Source: an uncultured Armatimonadetes bacterium
Lineage (GTDB): Bacteria; Armatimonadota; Hebobacteria; Hebobacterales; Hebobacteraceae
Assembly: GCA_963716175.1 (NCBI GenBank)
Contig: OY970296.1
Coordinates: 3,232,001 to 3,296,000, forward strand
DNA: 64,000 nucleotides
Reading direction: 5' to 3'
Under the pieces are notes generated by a model that ran no database searches, was not told the origin of the DNA, and was given only the letters and a program-made list of their open reading frames with translations. The position numbers and the translations under genes were made by a program. Each line of letters begins with the position of its first letter. Position 1 is the stretch's first letter. Shown piece by piece: positions 48,125-56,864 of this stretch.

Positions 48125-49290
48125 GGGCTTTTCTCCCCGGGATGGGTGCGCTTCTGGCGAGAGAGCAAGAGCTCTCGCAACGCCAGCCCGGCGGCCACCA
48201 GCAGGGTGGGCGCGTGCGACTGCAGGTATTCCTGGTTGACGCCCCGCGCCTGAAGCCGTTCAGGCCCGAACACGTTCAGCACTCCCACCGGCACCCCGAG
48301 CTGGGCCTGGAAGTACTCCTCGATGCGGGGGAGCTTGGCGCTCCCGCCGCTCAGCAGGATCTGGTTGACCCCCAGCTCCCCGCTGCCCGCGTCCGGTGAC
48401 TGCTGCTGGTAGTCGTGGAAGGCCAGCGAGCGGCGCACCTCGCGGATCAACTCGTCCAGCAGCGGCTCGATCGCTCGGCTCGCCTGCTGTGCCGCCGGGT
48501 CCAGGGTGGCCCGCTCTTCCTCGCTCAGCACCACCTGAGTGGCACTCTCCTTCAGCCGGTTCGCCTCCTCCAGGTCCACGTCCAGAGCATTCTTGATGGC
48601 ATCGGTGAAGGCATTGCCCGCGATGGGGATCATGCGGCTGAGCACGAACTCAGCATCCTTCACCAAGGTGATCTCGGTGTAGGCCGCGCCGATGCCCACC
48701 AGCGCGATGGTCTCGCCGTTGCTCTGGGTCTGGCCATTGCCGGCCACCAGGCCCCGCAGCGCCGCGAAGGGTTGGATCTCCACGGCCAGTGGCTCCAGCC
48801 CCGCCAGCTCCAGTGTCTCCACTTGGCTGTCCACCATGTCCCGGGGGGCGGCCACCAGCAGCACCTTCATCTGGGCATTGGTCCCCGGCGCCGCGGGCCG
48901 ATCCACCACCTGGAACTCCACCACGCTGTCCTCCACCGGAAACGAGATGTAGTTCCTCGCCTCCCACTGGATCGAGCGCCGGAGCTGCCGGTCGGACATG
49001 GCGGGCAGGGGCACCTCTCGCACTACCACGGTGGGCCCGGCAATGCCGGCCACCGCGGTGGCGGCATCAATCTGCAGCGCCTCCAGCAGCGCACGAATGG
49101 ACTGGGCCACCGCCAGCGGGTCCACCACCACCCCGCCCTTGATGGCATTGGCGGGCGTAGGAGCGCTGCCGGCCTTGTGCAGGGCGAGCCCGTCTCGGCC
49201 CTCCTGCAATTGCACCAGCTTGATGGCATTGCTCCCTACATCAAGCCCGATGGCTGTGTTCCCTGATCCGAACTTCGAGAATAGCCTCAT
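48121..49290 (-). CDS. pilM: Type IV pilus protein PilM
   Basis: IGLDVGS, EARNYISF, VLLVAA, LSGGSAKL, AAGLALR. Confidence 0.92.
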   Translation of the reverse strand: MRLFSKFGSGNTAIGLDVGSNAIKLVQLQEGRDGLALHKAGSAPTPANAIKGGVVVDPLAVAQSIRALLEALQIDAATAVAGIAGPTVVVREVPLPAMSDRQLRRSIQWEARNYISFPVEDSVVEFQVVDRPAAPGTNAQMKVLLVAAPRDMVDSQVETLELAGLEPLAVEIQPFAALRGLVAGNGQTQSNGETIALVGIGAAYTEITLVKDAEFVLSRMIPIAGNAFTDAIKNALDVDLEEANRLKESATQVVLSEEERATLDPAAQQASRAIEPLLDELIREVRRSLAFHDYQQQSPDAGSGELGVNQILLSGGSAKLPRIEEYFQAQLGVPVGVLNVFGPERLQARGVNQEYLQSHAPTLLVAAGLALRELLLSRQKRTHPGEKSP

Positions 49291-49321
49291 AGTTGGTCTG
49301 CTCCAGGTCCGCTTGCGAGCT

Positions 49322-50011
49322 TCAGCTCACCTTCACCCCGCCCTCCCTTTCCGGAGAGCGTTCGTCCGCTCCCGGCCGCGCCGGGGTGAGATAGGAGCTG
49401 CGCCCGAAGTCGATCTCGCCTCGCGCCGCCGGCAGCTTTCCTCCGCTGATGATGACGTCCCCCGTCTGCCCGGTCGGGTCCCACTCCTCCACGATCCCCT
49501 CCGCCAGCAACTCGGTCACCCCGTGCAGCGCCTCCACTGGCTCTATCCCCGACTCCCGGATGATGGTGGCGACATTGCGCCGGGCATCCACCAGCCGCAG
49601 CACCGACTGGGCCTGCGGCGAGAGCGACTCATAGCGCTCGTTCACCGCAAACGCCCGCTGCCGCAGCACCACGTGCATGTTGGGCATCTCCTCCTCGACC
49701 CGCTGCCACTCGTCGAAGCGCTTCATCCCCTCCAGGATCAGCGCCTCCGTGCTCTGCGTGATCTCCCTCGCCACCGGCTCCTCGCTGCGCTCGAAGGTGA
49801 AGTCCCCGTTGCGCCATCCCAGCACGCGGTAGACCACCTCCGGCCCTCGCTCCCGCCGGGAGATGGCGCGCACCACTTCCCCGTTCACGACGAACAAGTC
49901 CACTCGCTCCGTGCCCCGCCACACCTGCAGCCGGCCGCTCTTGTGGCTCACGTTTAGTAGCTGCACCAGCTCCGCGAAGCTGATATCTTCGAAGCTGCCG
50001 GTAAGTGCCAT
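49322..50011 (-). CDS. DUF4388 (PatA_N-like) domain protein
   Basis: LTGSF...ELVQLL...KSGRL...GEVVRA...W..GDFTF...LILEG.KRFDEW, plus winged-helix-like tail. Confidence 0.85.
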   Translation of the reverse strand: MALTGSFEDISFAELVQLLNVSHKSGRLQVWRGTERVDLFVVNGEVVRAISRRERGPEVVYRVLGWRNGDFTFERSEEPVAREITQSTEALILEGMKRFDEWQRVEEEMPNMHVVLRQRAFAVNERYESLSPQAQSVLRLVDARRNVATIIRESGIEPVEALHGVTELLAEGIVEEWDPTGQTGDVIISGGKLPAARGEIDFGRSSYLTPARPGADERSPEREGGVKVS

Positions 50012-50029
50012 CCTGCCGTCCCTAGCGCC

Positions 50030-50632
50030 TTAGGCCACGCCGGCCCGTTGCTTATGCGCGAGGTTGCTCAACACCCGTACGCAGATCGCGTTCAGACACT
50101 GGAATACGCCCTCCCCCTGAATCGCAACCCCCTCCAGGCTGGGCACCTGCCGCGGGTTGATCACATACTGCAGATATTCCACGGGTGCGATGTTGGCCAG
50201 ATCCCGCTTGTTGTACTGCACCACGTACGGCGTGGTCTCCAGGCTGTACCCGTAGGCCGCCAGGTTGTCTGTCAGGTTGCGGAAGCTCTCCAGGTTCTCC
50301 CGCATCTTCTCCCACTGCGAGTCGCACACGAAGATGACCCCATCCACTCCTCGCAGCACCAGCTTTCGGGTGGAGTTGTACATCACCTGGCCCGGCACCG
50401 TGTAGAGCTGGAACTTGGTCCGGAACCCGTGGATCTGGGCCGCCTCCAGGGGGAGGAAGTCGAAGAAGAGGGTGCGTTCGCCCGGGGTGGCGAGCGACAC
50501 CATGTTCCCCCGCTTGTCCGGCTCCGTGTGCTGATGGATATACTGCAAGTTCGTGGTCTTGCCGCACATGCCCGGCCCGTAGTACACGATCTTGCAGCTG
50601 ATCTCTTTCAGGGCGTAGTTGACGGAGGCCAT
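50030..50632 (-). CDS. mglA: MglA family small GTPase
   Basis: KIVYYGPGMCGKTTNL, RTLFFDF, LYTVPGQ, LRGVDGV, QYNKRDL. Confidence 0.94.
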   Translation of the reverse strand: MASVNYALKEISCKIVYYGPGMCGKTTNLQYIHQHTEPDKRGNMVSLATPGERTLFFDFLPLEAAQIHGFRTKFQLYTVPGQVMYNSTRKLVLRGVDGVIFVCDSQWEKMRENLESFRNLTDNLAAYGYSLETTPYVVQYNKRDLANIAPVEYLQYVINPRQVPSLEGVAIQGEGVFQCLNAICVRVLSNLAHKQRAGVA

Positions 50633-50666
50633 CGCTCGAGCCGTCCTTTCTCCCGTGGTCCCTTGC

Positions 50667-51617
50667 TCAGACGGTGGCGAACAGCACCGACTCGGTCTCG
50701 CTTACTTTGGCCCACGCAGGTGGGGAGGGAGGAGGAAGCTCAAGCGCCTCGGGCGGAAGCTGGGGCACGATCCACTCCAGGGGCAGAATCACCAGCGCGG
50801 CCTCGCGCTCCAGGTCGAACTCCAGAGGCGCCCGCATCGTCCCCGGCGGTAGCCATTCGTGCAGGTCTATCAGCCGGGCCACGATGCGCGCCTCTCTTAG
50901 CTGTGGGATGATCACCTCCAAAGGTATTGGCACTGGGTGCGATTCGTCGTAGTCGTGCACATTCTCGCCCCATAGGTCTTCCGGTACCTGCGCCAGCAGC
51001 GGCCGCAGCGGCACCTCCACCGTGCCCTCCAGCTCCATCAGCGGTCGTGCCAGATCCTGCGGCTGATTCCCGAGCGAGCCCTTGGCCCGCGTATCCCATA
51101 CCGGGATCGCTTGGTCCCCACCCACCAGCACCAGAGCGGGATCGCCATCTCGCCTCGGGCCTGCGGCGGAGACCGCCGCCGCGCTCTCCGCGAACCGCTT
51201 AGTGGACCGCTTGCCAACACTCCTCACGGGAAGCAGCACGCGCAGAGGGTAGAAAATCATGAGCGCGAAGAGAGCGGTGCAGACCCGTGGCCCCAGGGTG
51301 GCGGTGCGGTCCAGGGCGAGGGTAAGGTCGGTGACTCCTTGAAACAGGTTCAGCGCGAGGGCGGCCGCAGTGGCCAGCGCCAACCGCAGGAACACCAGCA
51401 CCAGGATGCCCAGCATCCATCCGCTGAGCGAGATCCCCGATCGCCAGGCGTAGACCGCGGTGCCGAAGATCGCGATCTCCACCGCCCAGGCCGTGGGCCC
51501 GGAGATCTGCCATTCCGGCGCGGACTTGATCTGGGCCACTTGCAGGCAAAGCACTACCGCGGCCACGAAGGAGATGGCCATCGACAACGCGCTGATTGCA
51601 GTGAATTCCCTGCGCAT
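50667..51617 (-). CDS. Four-TM membrane protein with three C-terminal PLxxI(I/V)PQ repeats
   Basis: Hydrophobic N-half; VEVPLRPLLAQVP, VPIPLEVIIPQLR, VILPLEWIVPQLP. Confidence 0.72.
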   Translation of the reverse strand: MRREFTAISALSMAISFVAAVVLCLQVAQIKSAPEWQISGPTAWAVEIAIFGTAVYAWRSGISLSGWMLGILVLVFLRLALATAAALALNLFQGVTDLTLALDRTATLGPRVCTALFALMIFYPLRVLLPVRSVGKRSTKRFAESAAAVSAAGPRRDGDPALVLVGGDQAIPVWDTRAKGSLGNQPQDLARPLMELEGTVEVPLRPLLAQVPEDLWGENVHDYDESHPVPIPLEVIIPQLREARIVARLIDLHEWLPPGTMRAPLEFDLEREAALVILPLEWIVPQLPPEALELPPPSPPAWAKVSETESVLFATV

Positions 51618-51739
51618 GGCCTCCCAACTCGGCGCGGACCTGACTGCCGATACCCCTCTCCCGGACGAGCTCTGTCCCCATGAAACAGAGGCACTCGCGC
51701 GCCGGCCGCCGCAGCCCGCGCTGCCGCGAAAACTAGAGA

Positions 51740-51750
51740 CTTATTCCACA
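51740..51750 (-). promoter_or_regulatory. Candidate alternative-sigma promoter motif TGTGGAATAAG (copy 2)
   Basis: Exact 11-mer shared with 38312-38322, ~120 nt upstream of first gene of pilus locus. Confidence 0.4.
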
Positions 51751-52007
51751 TTTGTCTGGGAAGATACCATCGGCCAGGAGGCGCCCAGAAGCACCCGAAA
51801 TCCCCTCACCACGAGGTTCGAAAAACCCCGAGAACAGCCTCTGCTATGGCCCTGTAACCGCATCAGACAAGGGCCTTCGATTCTTGTTCCATGATGATGG
51901 AGGAATTGCGCGATGGTGACAATGCTGGATGGGCTCGCGGCTGATGTGAGGATATCCTTACATCACCGCGCGGGGCGGGCAGCCTGTGCGCGCCTGCCGC
52001 CCGCGGC

Positions 52008-53678
52008 TCAGGGTTGGTACTGGCGCTCGGCTCGCACCTGGCCGTTCACTAGCACGCGGACGGTGGTGGGACCGTTCACGGGAAGGGTCTGCGTGGGGAT
52101 GTCTTCGCCGGCCGCGTGATGCCCTTCATAGATCGTGTGGCGGCCCTTGTCGTCGGTCACCTCGACCGTGACGTCAACCTTGCCCGGCCCCACATCGTTG
52201 GGCACCGTGAACTCGAGCTTCTCTTCCCCTGCTGGTCTCGGTGCGCTGGGCAGCGGCGGCCCGGGCGGAAGCGATGGTCGCGGGCCCAAGCTCACCACGA
52301 TGTCCACCTCCGTGCCCCTGACCACACGCGCCCCGGGGTTGGGCAGCGTGCTGGCCACATAGGTGGCCGGCACGTGATCGTCGTAGGCCTCTTGCACCGC
52401 GCCCAGCGCCAACCCGGCCGCCTCCAGGTTCCGCTTCGCCTGGACCACGGACATCTGCGTGGCGTTCGGGACGACCACGTTCCTGAACCCCTCGCTCAGC
52501 ACCACCTTCACCACCACGGCCGGCGGCACTTCCGCGTTCGCCGGGGGATCCTGGCTGAGCACTGCTCCCTCCTCCACCTCCTGGCTCTCCCGCCGGCCCA
52601 CCACGCGGTACTCCAGCCGCACCCGCTTCAGGTATTCGTGGGCGCCAGCGCTGCTCATCCCCACCAGGTCCGGCACTCTCACTAGGTTCCCCCGCACTCG
52701 CGTCGAGGCCCAGAGTGTCAGCGCCGCCACCACCGCGGCTAGCACCACCGCCGACGCGCCAAAGGCGAGCGCCCTCCGCCTGCCGCGCCGCGCCGCTTCC
52801 CCTCCCGCCGAGGCCGCCCTCCGCCACCATCGTCCCCGGCCCGGTCGCCACACCCCCTGCTCTGTCCGCGGACAGGCCGCCAGGTAGCCCAGCAGCTCCC
52901 GCGCCGAGGCGAACCGCCGCGAGAGCTCTTTCTCCAGGCAGGTGGCGACCATCGAGTCCACCTCTGCCGGCAGCCCCGGCCTCAACTCCCGCAGCCGCGG
53001 CGGCTGGTCGTAGATGTGCTTGTGCAGCACCGCCAGCCGCTCGCCTCCGTCGAAGGGCGGCCGCCCAATCAGCATCTCGAACAGAGTGACCCCCAGGGAG
53101 TAGACATCGCTCTGCGGCCCCACCACATCTCCCCGCGCCTGCTCCGGCGAAACGTAGTTGACCGACCCCACGATGGTGCCAGTCTCGGTGTTGCTGGAGG
53201 ACGACATCGCCCGGGCGATGCCGAAATCCGTCACTTTGACTTGCCCCTCGGGCCCCACCAGGATGTTGTGTGGCTTGATGTCCCGGTGCACCACGCCGGC
53301 GGAGTGGGCCGCCTCCAACGCCTCTGCGGTCTCGCCGGCGATGCGCAGGGCCTCCTCCAGGGCTAGCGGGCCTTGTCGGGTCAACCGCGCCTTCAGGCTC
53401 TCGCCGGCCACGTACTCCATCACTATGTAATGGTAGGGCCCGTCGTTCCCGCTGTCGTAGACTCCTGCGATGTGCTCGTGGGTGATGCCGGCCGCGGCCC
53501 GCGCCTCCCGGCGAAACCGCGCCAGGAACTCGGCATCGGCCGCCAGCTCCGGCCGCATCACCTTGATCGCCACCGCCCGCCCCAACACGCCGTCGCGGCC
53601 CCGATAGGTGACGGCCATCCCACCCTCGCCGATCTTGTCCAGGATCTCGTAGCGGTGGTTCAGCACCTGGCCGATCAT
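52008..53678 (-). CDS. pknB: PASTA-domain Ser/Thr protein kinase
   Basis: IGEGGMA, VAIK, HRDIKPHN, DFGIA, YVSPEQ; TM; two PASTA domains. Confidence 0.93.
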   Translation of the reverse strand: MIGQVLNHRYEILDKIGEGGMAVTYRGRDGVLGRAVAIKVMRPELAADAEFLARFRREARAAAGITHEHIAGVYDSGNDGPYHYIVMEYVAGESLKARLTRQGPLALEEALRIAGETAEALEAAHSAGVVHRDIKPHNILVGPEGQVKVTDFGIARAMSSSSNTETGTIVGSVNYVSPEQARGDVVGPQSDVYSLGVTLFEMLIGRPPFDGGERLAVLHKHIYDQPPRLRELRPGLPAEVDSMVATCLEKELSRRFASARELLGYLAACPRTEQGVWRPGRGRWWRRAASAGGEAARRGRRRALAFGASAVVLAAVVAALTLWASTRVRGNLVRVPDLVGMSSAGAHEYLKRVRLEYRVVGRRESQEVEEGAVLSQDPPANAEVPPAVVVKVVLSEGFRNVVVPNATQMSVVQAKRNLEAAGLALGAVQEAYDDHVPATYVASTLPNPGARVVRGTEVDIVVSLGPRPSLPPGPPLPSAPRPAGEEKLEFTVPNDVGPGKVDVTVEVTDDKGRHTIYEGHHAAGEDIPTQTLPVNGPTTVRVLVNGQVRAERQYQP

Positions 53679-53696
53679 GGTAGCTGTGATCTCACC

Positions 53697-53945
53697 TTAC
53701 CGTCGGAACCCGTGATACAGCACCACCCCCATCGCCAGCGCCAGCAGCACGATGGAGCTGATCACCATCACCTGGGAGACCACTGTGGACTGCGGGACCA
53801 CGGCCGTCGTGAATAGCAGCGCCGCGGCGGCCAGAAACAGCAGCGCCAGCCCGATGTTGCGGCCGCGCCGTCGCGCCTGGATATAGGCGGTACCCAGCAC
53901 CCAGATCAGCACCGCCCCCGCCATGCCGTAGTACAGCCACCTCAC
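53697..53945 (-). CDS. Small three-TM membrane protein
   Basis: GGAGG 8 nt before GTG 53945; MRWLYYGMAG...; appears fused to upstream gene in ORF track only because of a frameshift. Confidence 0.65.
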   Translation of the reverse strand: MRWLYYGMAGAVLIWVLGTAYIQARRRGRNIGLALLFLAAAALLFTTAVVPQSTVVSQVMVISSIVLLALAMGVVLYHGFRR

Positions 53946-54020
53946 CTCATGCACCTCCCGGCCGGTGTCACTGGCCCGGATACGGCAGTCCGTCCCTTGC
54001 CTCCTGCTCGCCGCTGTTCT

Positions 54021-54033
54021 GTAGGGCGGGCAC
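54021..54033 (+). repeat. Truncated GTAG-type REP
   Basis: GTTCT-GTAGGGCGGGCAC, same context as 33051 and 62515. Confidence 0.55.
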
Positions 54034-54129
54034 AAGGCTAGGTTGCCGCTACGGCGACCGCTGGCTAGGCCGGCAAAGCCGGCCGCCATCCCGGCCCTAT
54101 CGGGCCTAGGGACATCCCGGCCTTCAGGC

Positions 54130-55853
54130 CTAGGGACCGTTGCCCGCCGCCGTCCTGGAGGGCGCACGCGCCGGCCCGGTAGGCGGATCTGCCTGTCGTC
54201 GGAGGGCCGCCTGTTCCGCTCGCGGAGATGTCGCCTGTCCCCCGAAGCGTATACGTGAATCGCGCTCTGCGGCTGCACCGGGCAGGCCCGTTCGCACAGT
54301 CCGCACCCCACGCAGATGCGCTCATCCACTACCGGCCGTCCCAGGCCGTCAACTCGCTTCTGTGTGATCGCATTATAGGAGCAGGCCTCATCGCAGATCA
54401 GGCACTGTTTGTCTGCGGCCCAGGCGATGCACATGCTGCGATCAACCACCGCGGTCCCGAGGTAGAGATAAGTCTTCTCGTCTGTGGTGAAAGGCTCGAT
54501 CGCGTGCACCGGGCAGACCTGCCCGCACAGCACGCAGGCCTGCGCGCAGGCCCCGATTCGCGGCACCAGGATGGGGGTCTCCAGCGCTTCCAGCCCTCCC
54601 TCTCCCAAGGCCGGTTGCAGGGTATTGGTGGGGCACACCTTCATGCACTCCCCACAGCGCACGCAAGCAGTCACGAACTGCTCCTCCGGCAGCGCCCCCG
54701 GCGGCCGGATCAGCCTGTCGCTGGCAAACTTCGTCACCCCTAGCTCCGACTTGCTCGCCACCCAGTCCATCTTCGGCAGCGCCACCGCGGCCAGGCCCAG
54801 CCCTGCCGCCTGCAGCAGCCGCCGACGATCGAGCTGGAGCCCATCCATCCGGTTGGTCTGAGCCCGACGCGTGGTGAGAGAGATCGCTTGCACCGGGCAC
54901 ACCGCGATGCAGCTATAGCATCCAATGCACTCCACCCCGCAGTAGCTGCGCGGGTCATCGCCGATCGCGCCCATCTTGCACTCGTCTACACAGCGCATAC
55001 ACTGAGTGCACTGCTCTGACACCGCCAGCCTCACCGGGGACGCCTTTCCCAGAAAGCCGAGCAGCGCGCCCAGAGGACACAGGTTCCGGCACCAGAAACG
55101 CCGCGCCAGGCCGCTCAGGGCCACTAGTCCCACGAACAGCCCCAGGGTAACCAGACCCAGCCGGAAATGCACCGGCCTGATGGTGTGGTTGAAGACGAAC
55201 TGAAACGGGCTCGCCACCCGCAGCACCCACTGATGGCGGTCCGCAAAATCGGAATAGGTGGTCGCGGTCACGCTGTCGCTGGTGAGGCCGGCGACCCATT
55301 GCACCGCGGGCAGCGCCACCAGAGTGGAGGCCCGGGTGAGGAGTGCGATCGGGTCCAAGAGGTAGACTGCGGACAGACCGACGCTCTGGGAAACCGACAG
55401 CTCCCCGGCCGAGCGATGGGCCGCGGGCAGGATGATGGTGAGCAGCAGCGCCACCAGCAGGTAGAACTTGACCCGCCGGTAGGGAGGGCGTCCACTGCCG
55501 GACGATGCCCTCGGCCTCCCACGGATGCGGAACAGGCGCTGGCAGAGATCGAGGGTGGTGCCCAGGGGGCAGACCCAGCCGCAGAACACTCGCCCCAGCA
55601 GCAGGCTGAGCAAAATCACCGGGAGGGCGAACCAGAGCAGCGGGAAGATGAGCTTCCTCAGGGAGGCCATCGCCGAGAGGGCGAGCAGGGGATCGGCGCG
55701 CAGAAACAAGTCCGGCGGTATGCGCGTGGAGGCGAAGCGCGCGGCACAGGCGAACAGCACCACGAAACCAGCGAAGAACACGAGCTGCGAGGCCCGCCGC
55801 AGGCCTCGCAGTCCGCCTCCGCGGGCTCGCCCGCCTCCGGCGGATTCAGACAT
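54130..55853 (-). CDS. Membrane polyferredoxin (NapH/MauN + NapG/MauM-like 4Fe-4S protein), apparent frameshift at ~54225
   Basis: GRVFCGWVCPLG, RFWCRNLCPLG, multiple CxxCxxCxxxCP, IRPPGA; restoring one base gives ...RAEQAALRRQ...GP* at 54130. Confidence 0.85.
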
Positions 55854-56778
55854 GCTTGACCTTGATCCGATCTAGGCGCAGCTCTCCCACCCCCGCGGCG
55901 TAGGCCAGCTTCAAGTGTCCGACCTGGTTCGGCCTGAGCCCGCCCAGCAGGGTGGTCCCATACGCATCCACCGCCAGCGGATCGGTCCCGGCCACCACCA
56001 GGCCGCGATTCTCCGTCTGGCCGGGGCCTTTGGGGCCATTGGTGAGCAGGGTCCGCACCGCGTCCAGGATGACCAGGCGCGGCTTGTAATGAGCTGCGAA
56101 ATCCGCGATGCACTGATCCAGGCTCGCGCTCTCATGCCAGGCGTTCCGGTCCCACACCAGTCCCATCAGGTTCTTGCAGCCCAGGGTCACGGTGGTGGAG
56201 TTGTGCACCTTGGCGATGGGCACATTGATCCAGGCGTCGGCCCGCAGCAGGTCGCGCAGCACGCTGGCCTGCTTCAGCGCTCTGCCCCGCGGCAACTGCA
56301 CCGGCTGGTACATTCCCAGGGAGCGCCCGGAGATCACCCGCGCCCCCGCCGCCTCCGCCGCCGCGGCGATCCCGCTCATCTTCATCACCATTGTGTCCGG
56401 GCTATCCAGCGTGTGATCAACCACCTTTACCTCGCGCGCCCCGGCCGCCCGGCAGAGGCGCACGATCTCGGCCACCACCTCGGGGTTGGTGTTGGCGGCC
56501 TGCTCGGGCTTGCGCGCCCAGGTCATGTTCGGTTTCACCACCACCGTGCCGCCGGGCTTGATAAACTTCTTCATGCCGCCCAGGCTTTCCACCGCTGCCC
56601 GGACCAGGCCCGCCGGGTCCCGCTTGGAGGCCACCACAATGGTAGGGGCGGCCGCGGCTTCGGCCTCAGCCTCAGACAGACCCTCCACGCCGGCCACCCG
56701 GCCGAGACCATAGGCGGCCGCTCCCGCCGCCACCGCGCGCCTGAAGAACTCTCGCCGTGTTATCCTATCACAACCCAT
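55846..56778 (-). CDS. DUF362 domain protein with Tat signal
   Basis: TRREFF twin-arginine; VVKPN, NTNPEV, KVH...TLGCKNLMG, GP, DPLAVD. Confidence 0.88.
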   Translation of the reverse strand: MGCDRITRREFFRRAVAAGAAAYGLGRVAGVEGLSEAEAEAAAAPTIVVASKRDPAGLVRAAVESLGGMKKFIKPGGTVVVKPNMTWARKPEQAANTNPEVVAEIVRLCRAAGAREVKVVDHTLDSPDTMVMKMSGIAAAAEAAGARVISGRSLGMYQPVQLPRGRALKQASVLRDLLRADAWINVPIAKVHNSTTVTLGCKNLMGLVWDRNAWHESASLDQCIADFAAHYKPRLVILDAVRTLLTNGPKGPGQTENRGLVVAGTDPLAVDAYGTTLLGGLRPNQVGHLKLAYAAGVGELRLDRIKVKHV

Positions 56779-56829
56779 AGTGCCTTCCTCAAGGGGATTC
56801 AGAAACCCGTGCAGGGCCACCCGGCCGCA

Positions 56830-56854
56830 GGGCAGGAGCGCGCTCCTGCCCTAC
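56830..56854 (-). repeat. GTAG-type REP palindrome
   Basis: Minus strand GTAG-GGCAGGAG-CGCG-CTCCTGCC, ~10 nt after surA-like stop. Confidence 0.7.
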
Positions 56855-56864
56855 CGCCCGCCGG

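Noticed and set aside
53697-55853. 718-aa polyferredoxin-membrane fusion
   Set aside because: Artefact of a one-base deletion at ~54225; the linker translates intergenic REP-containing DNA
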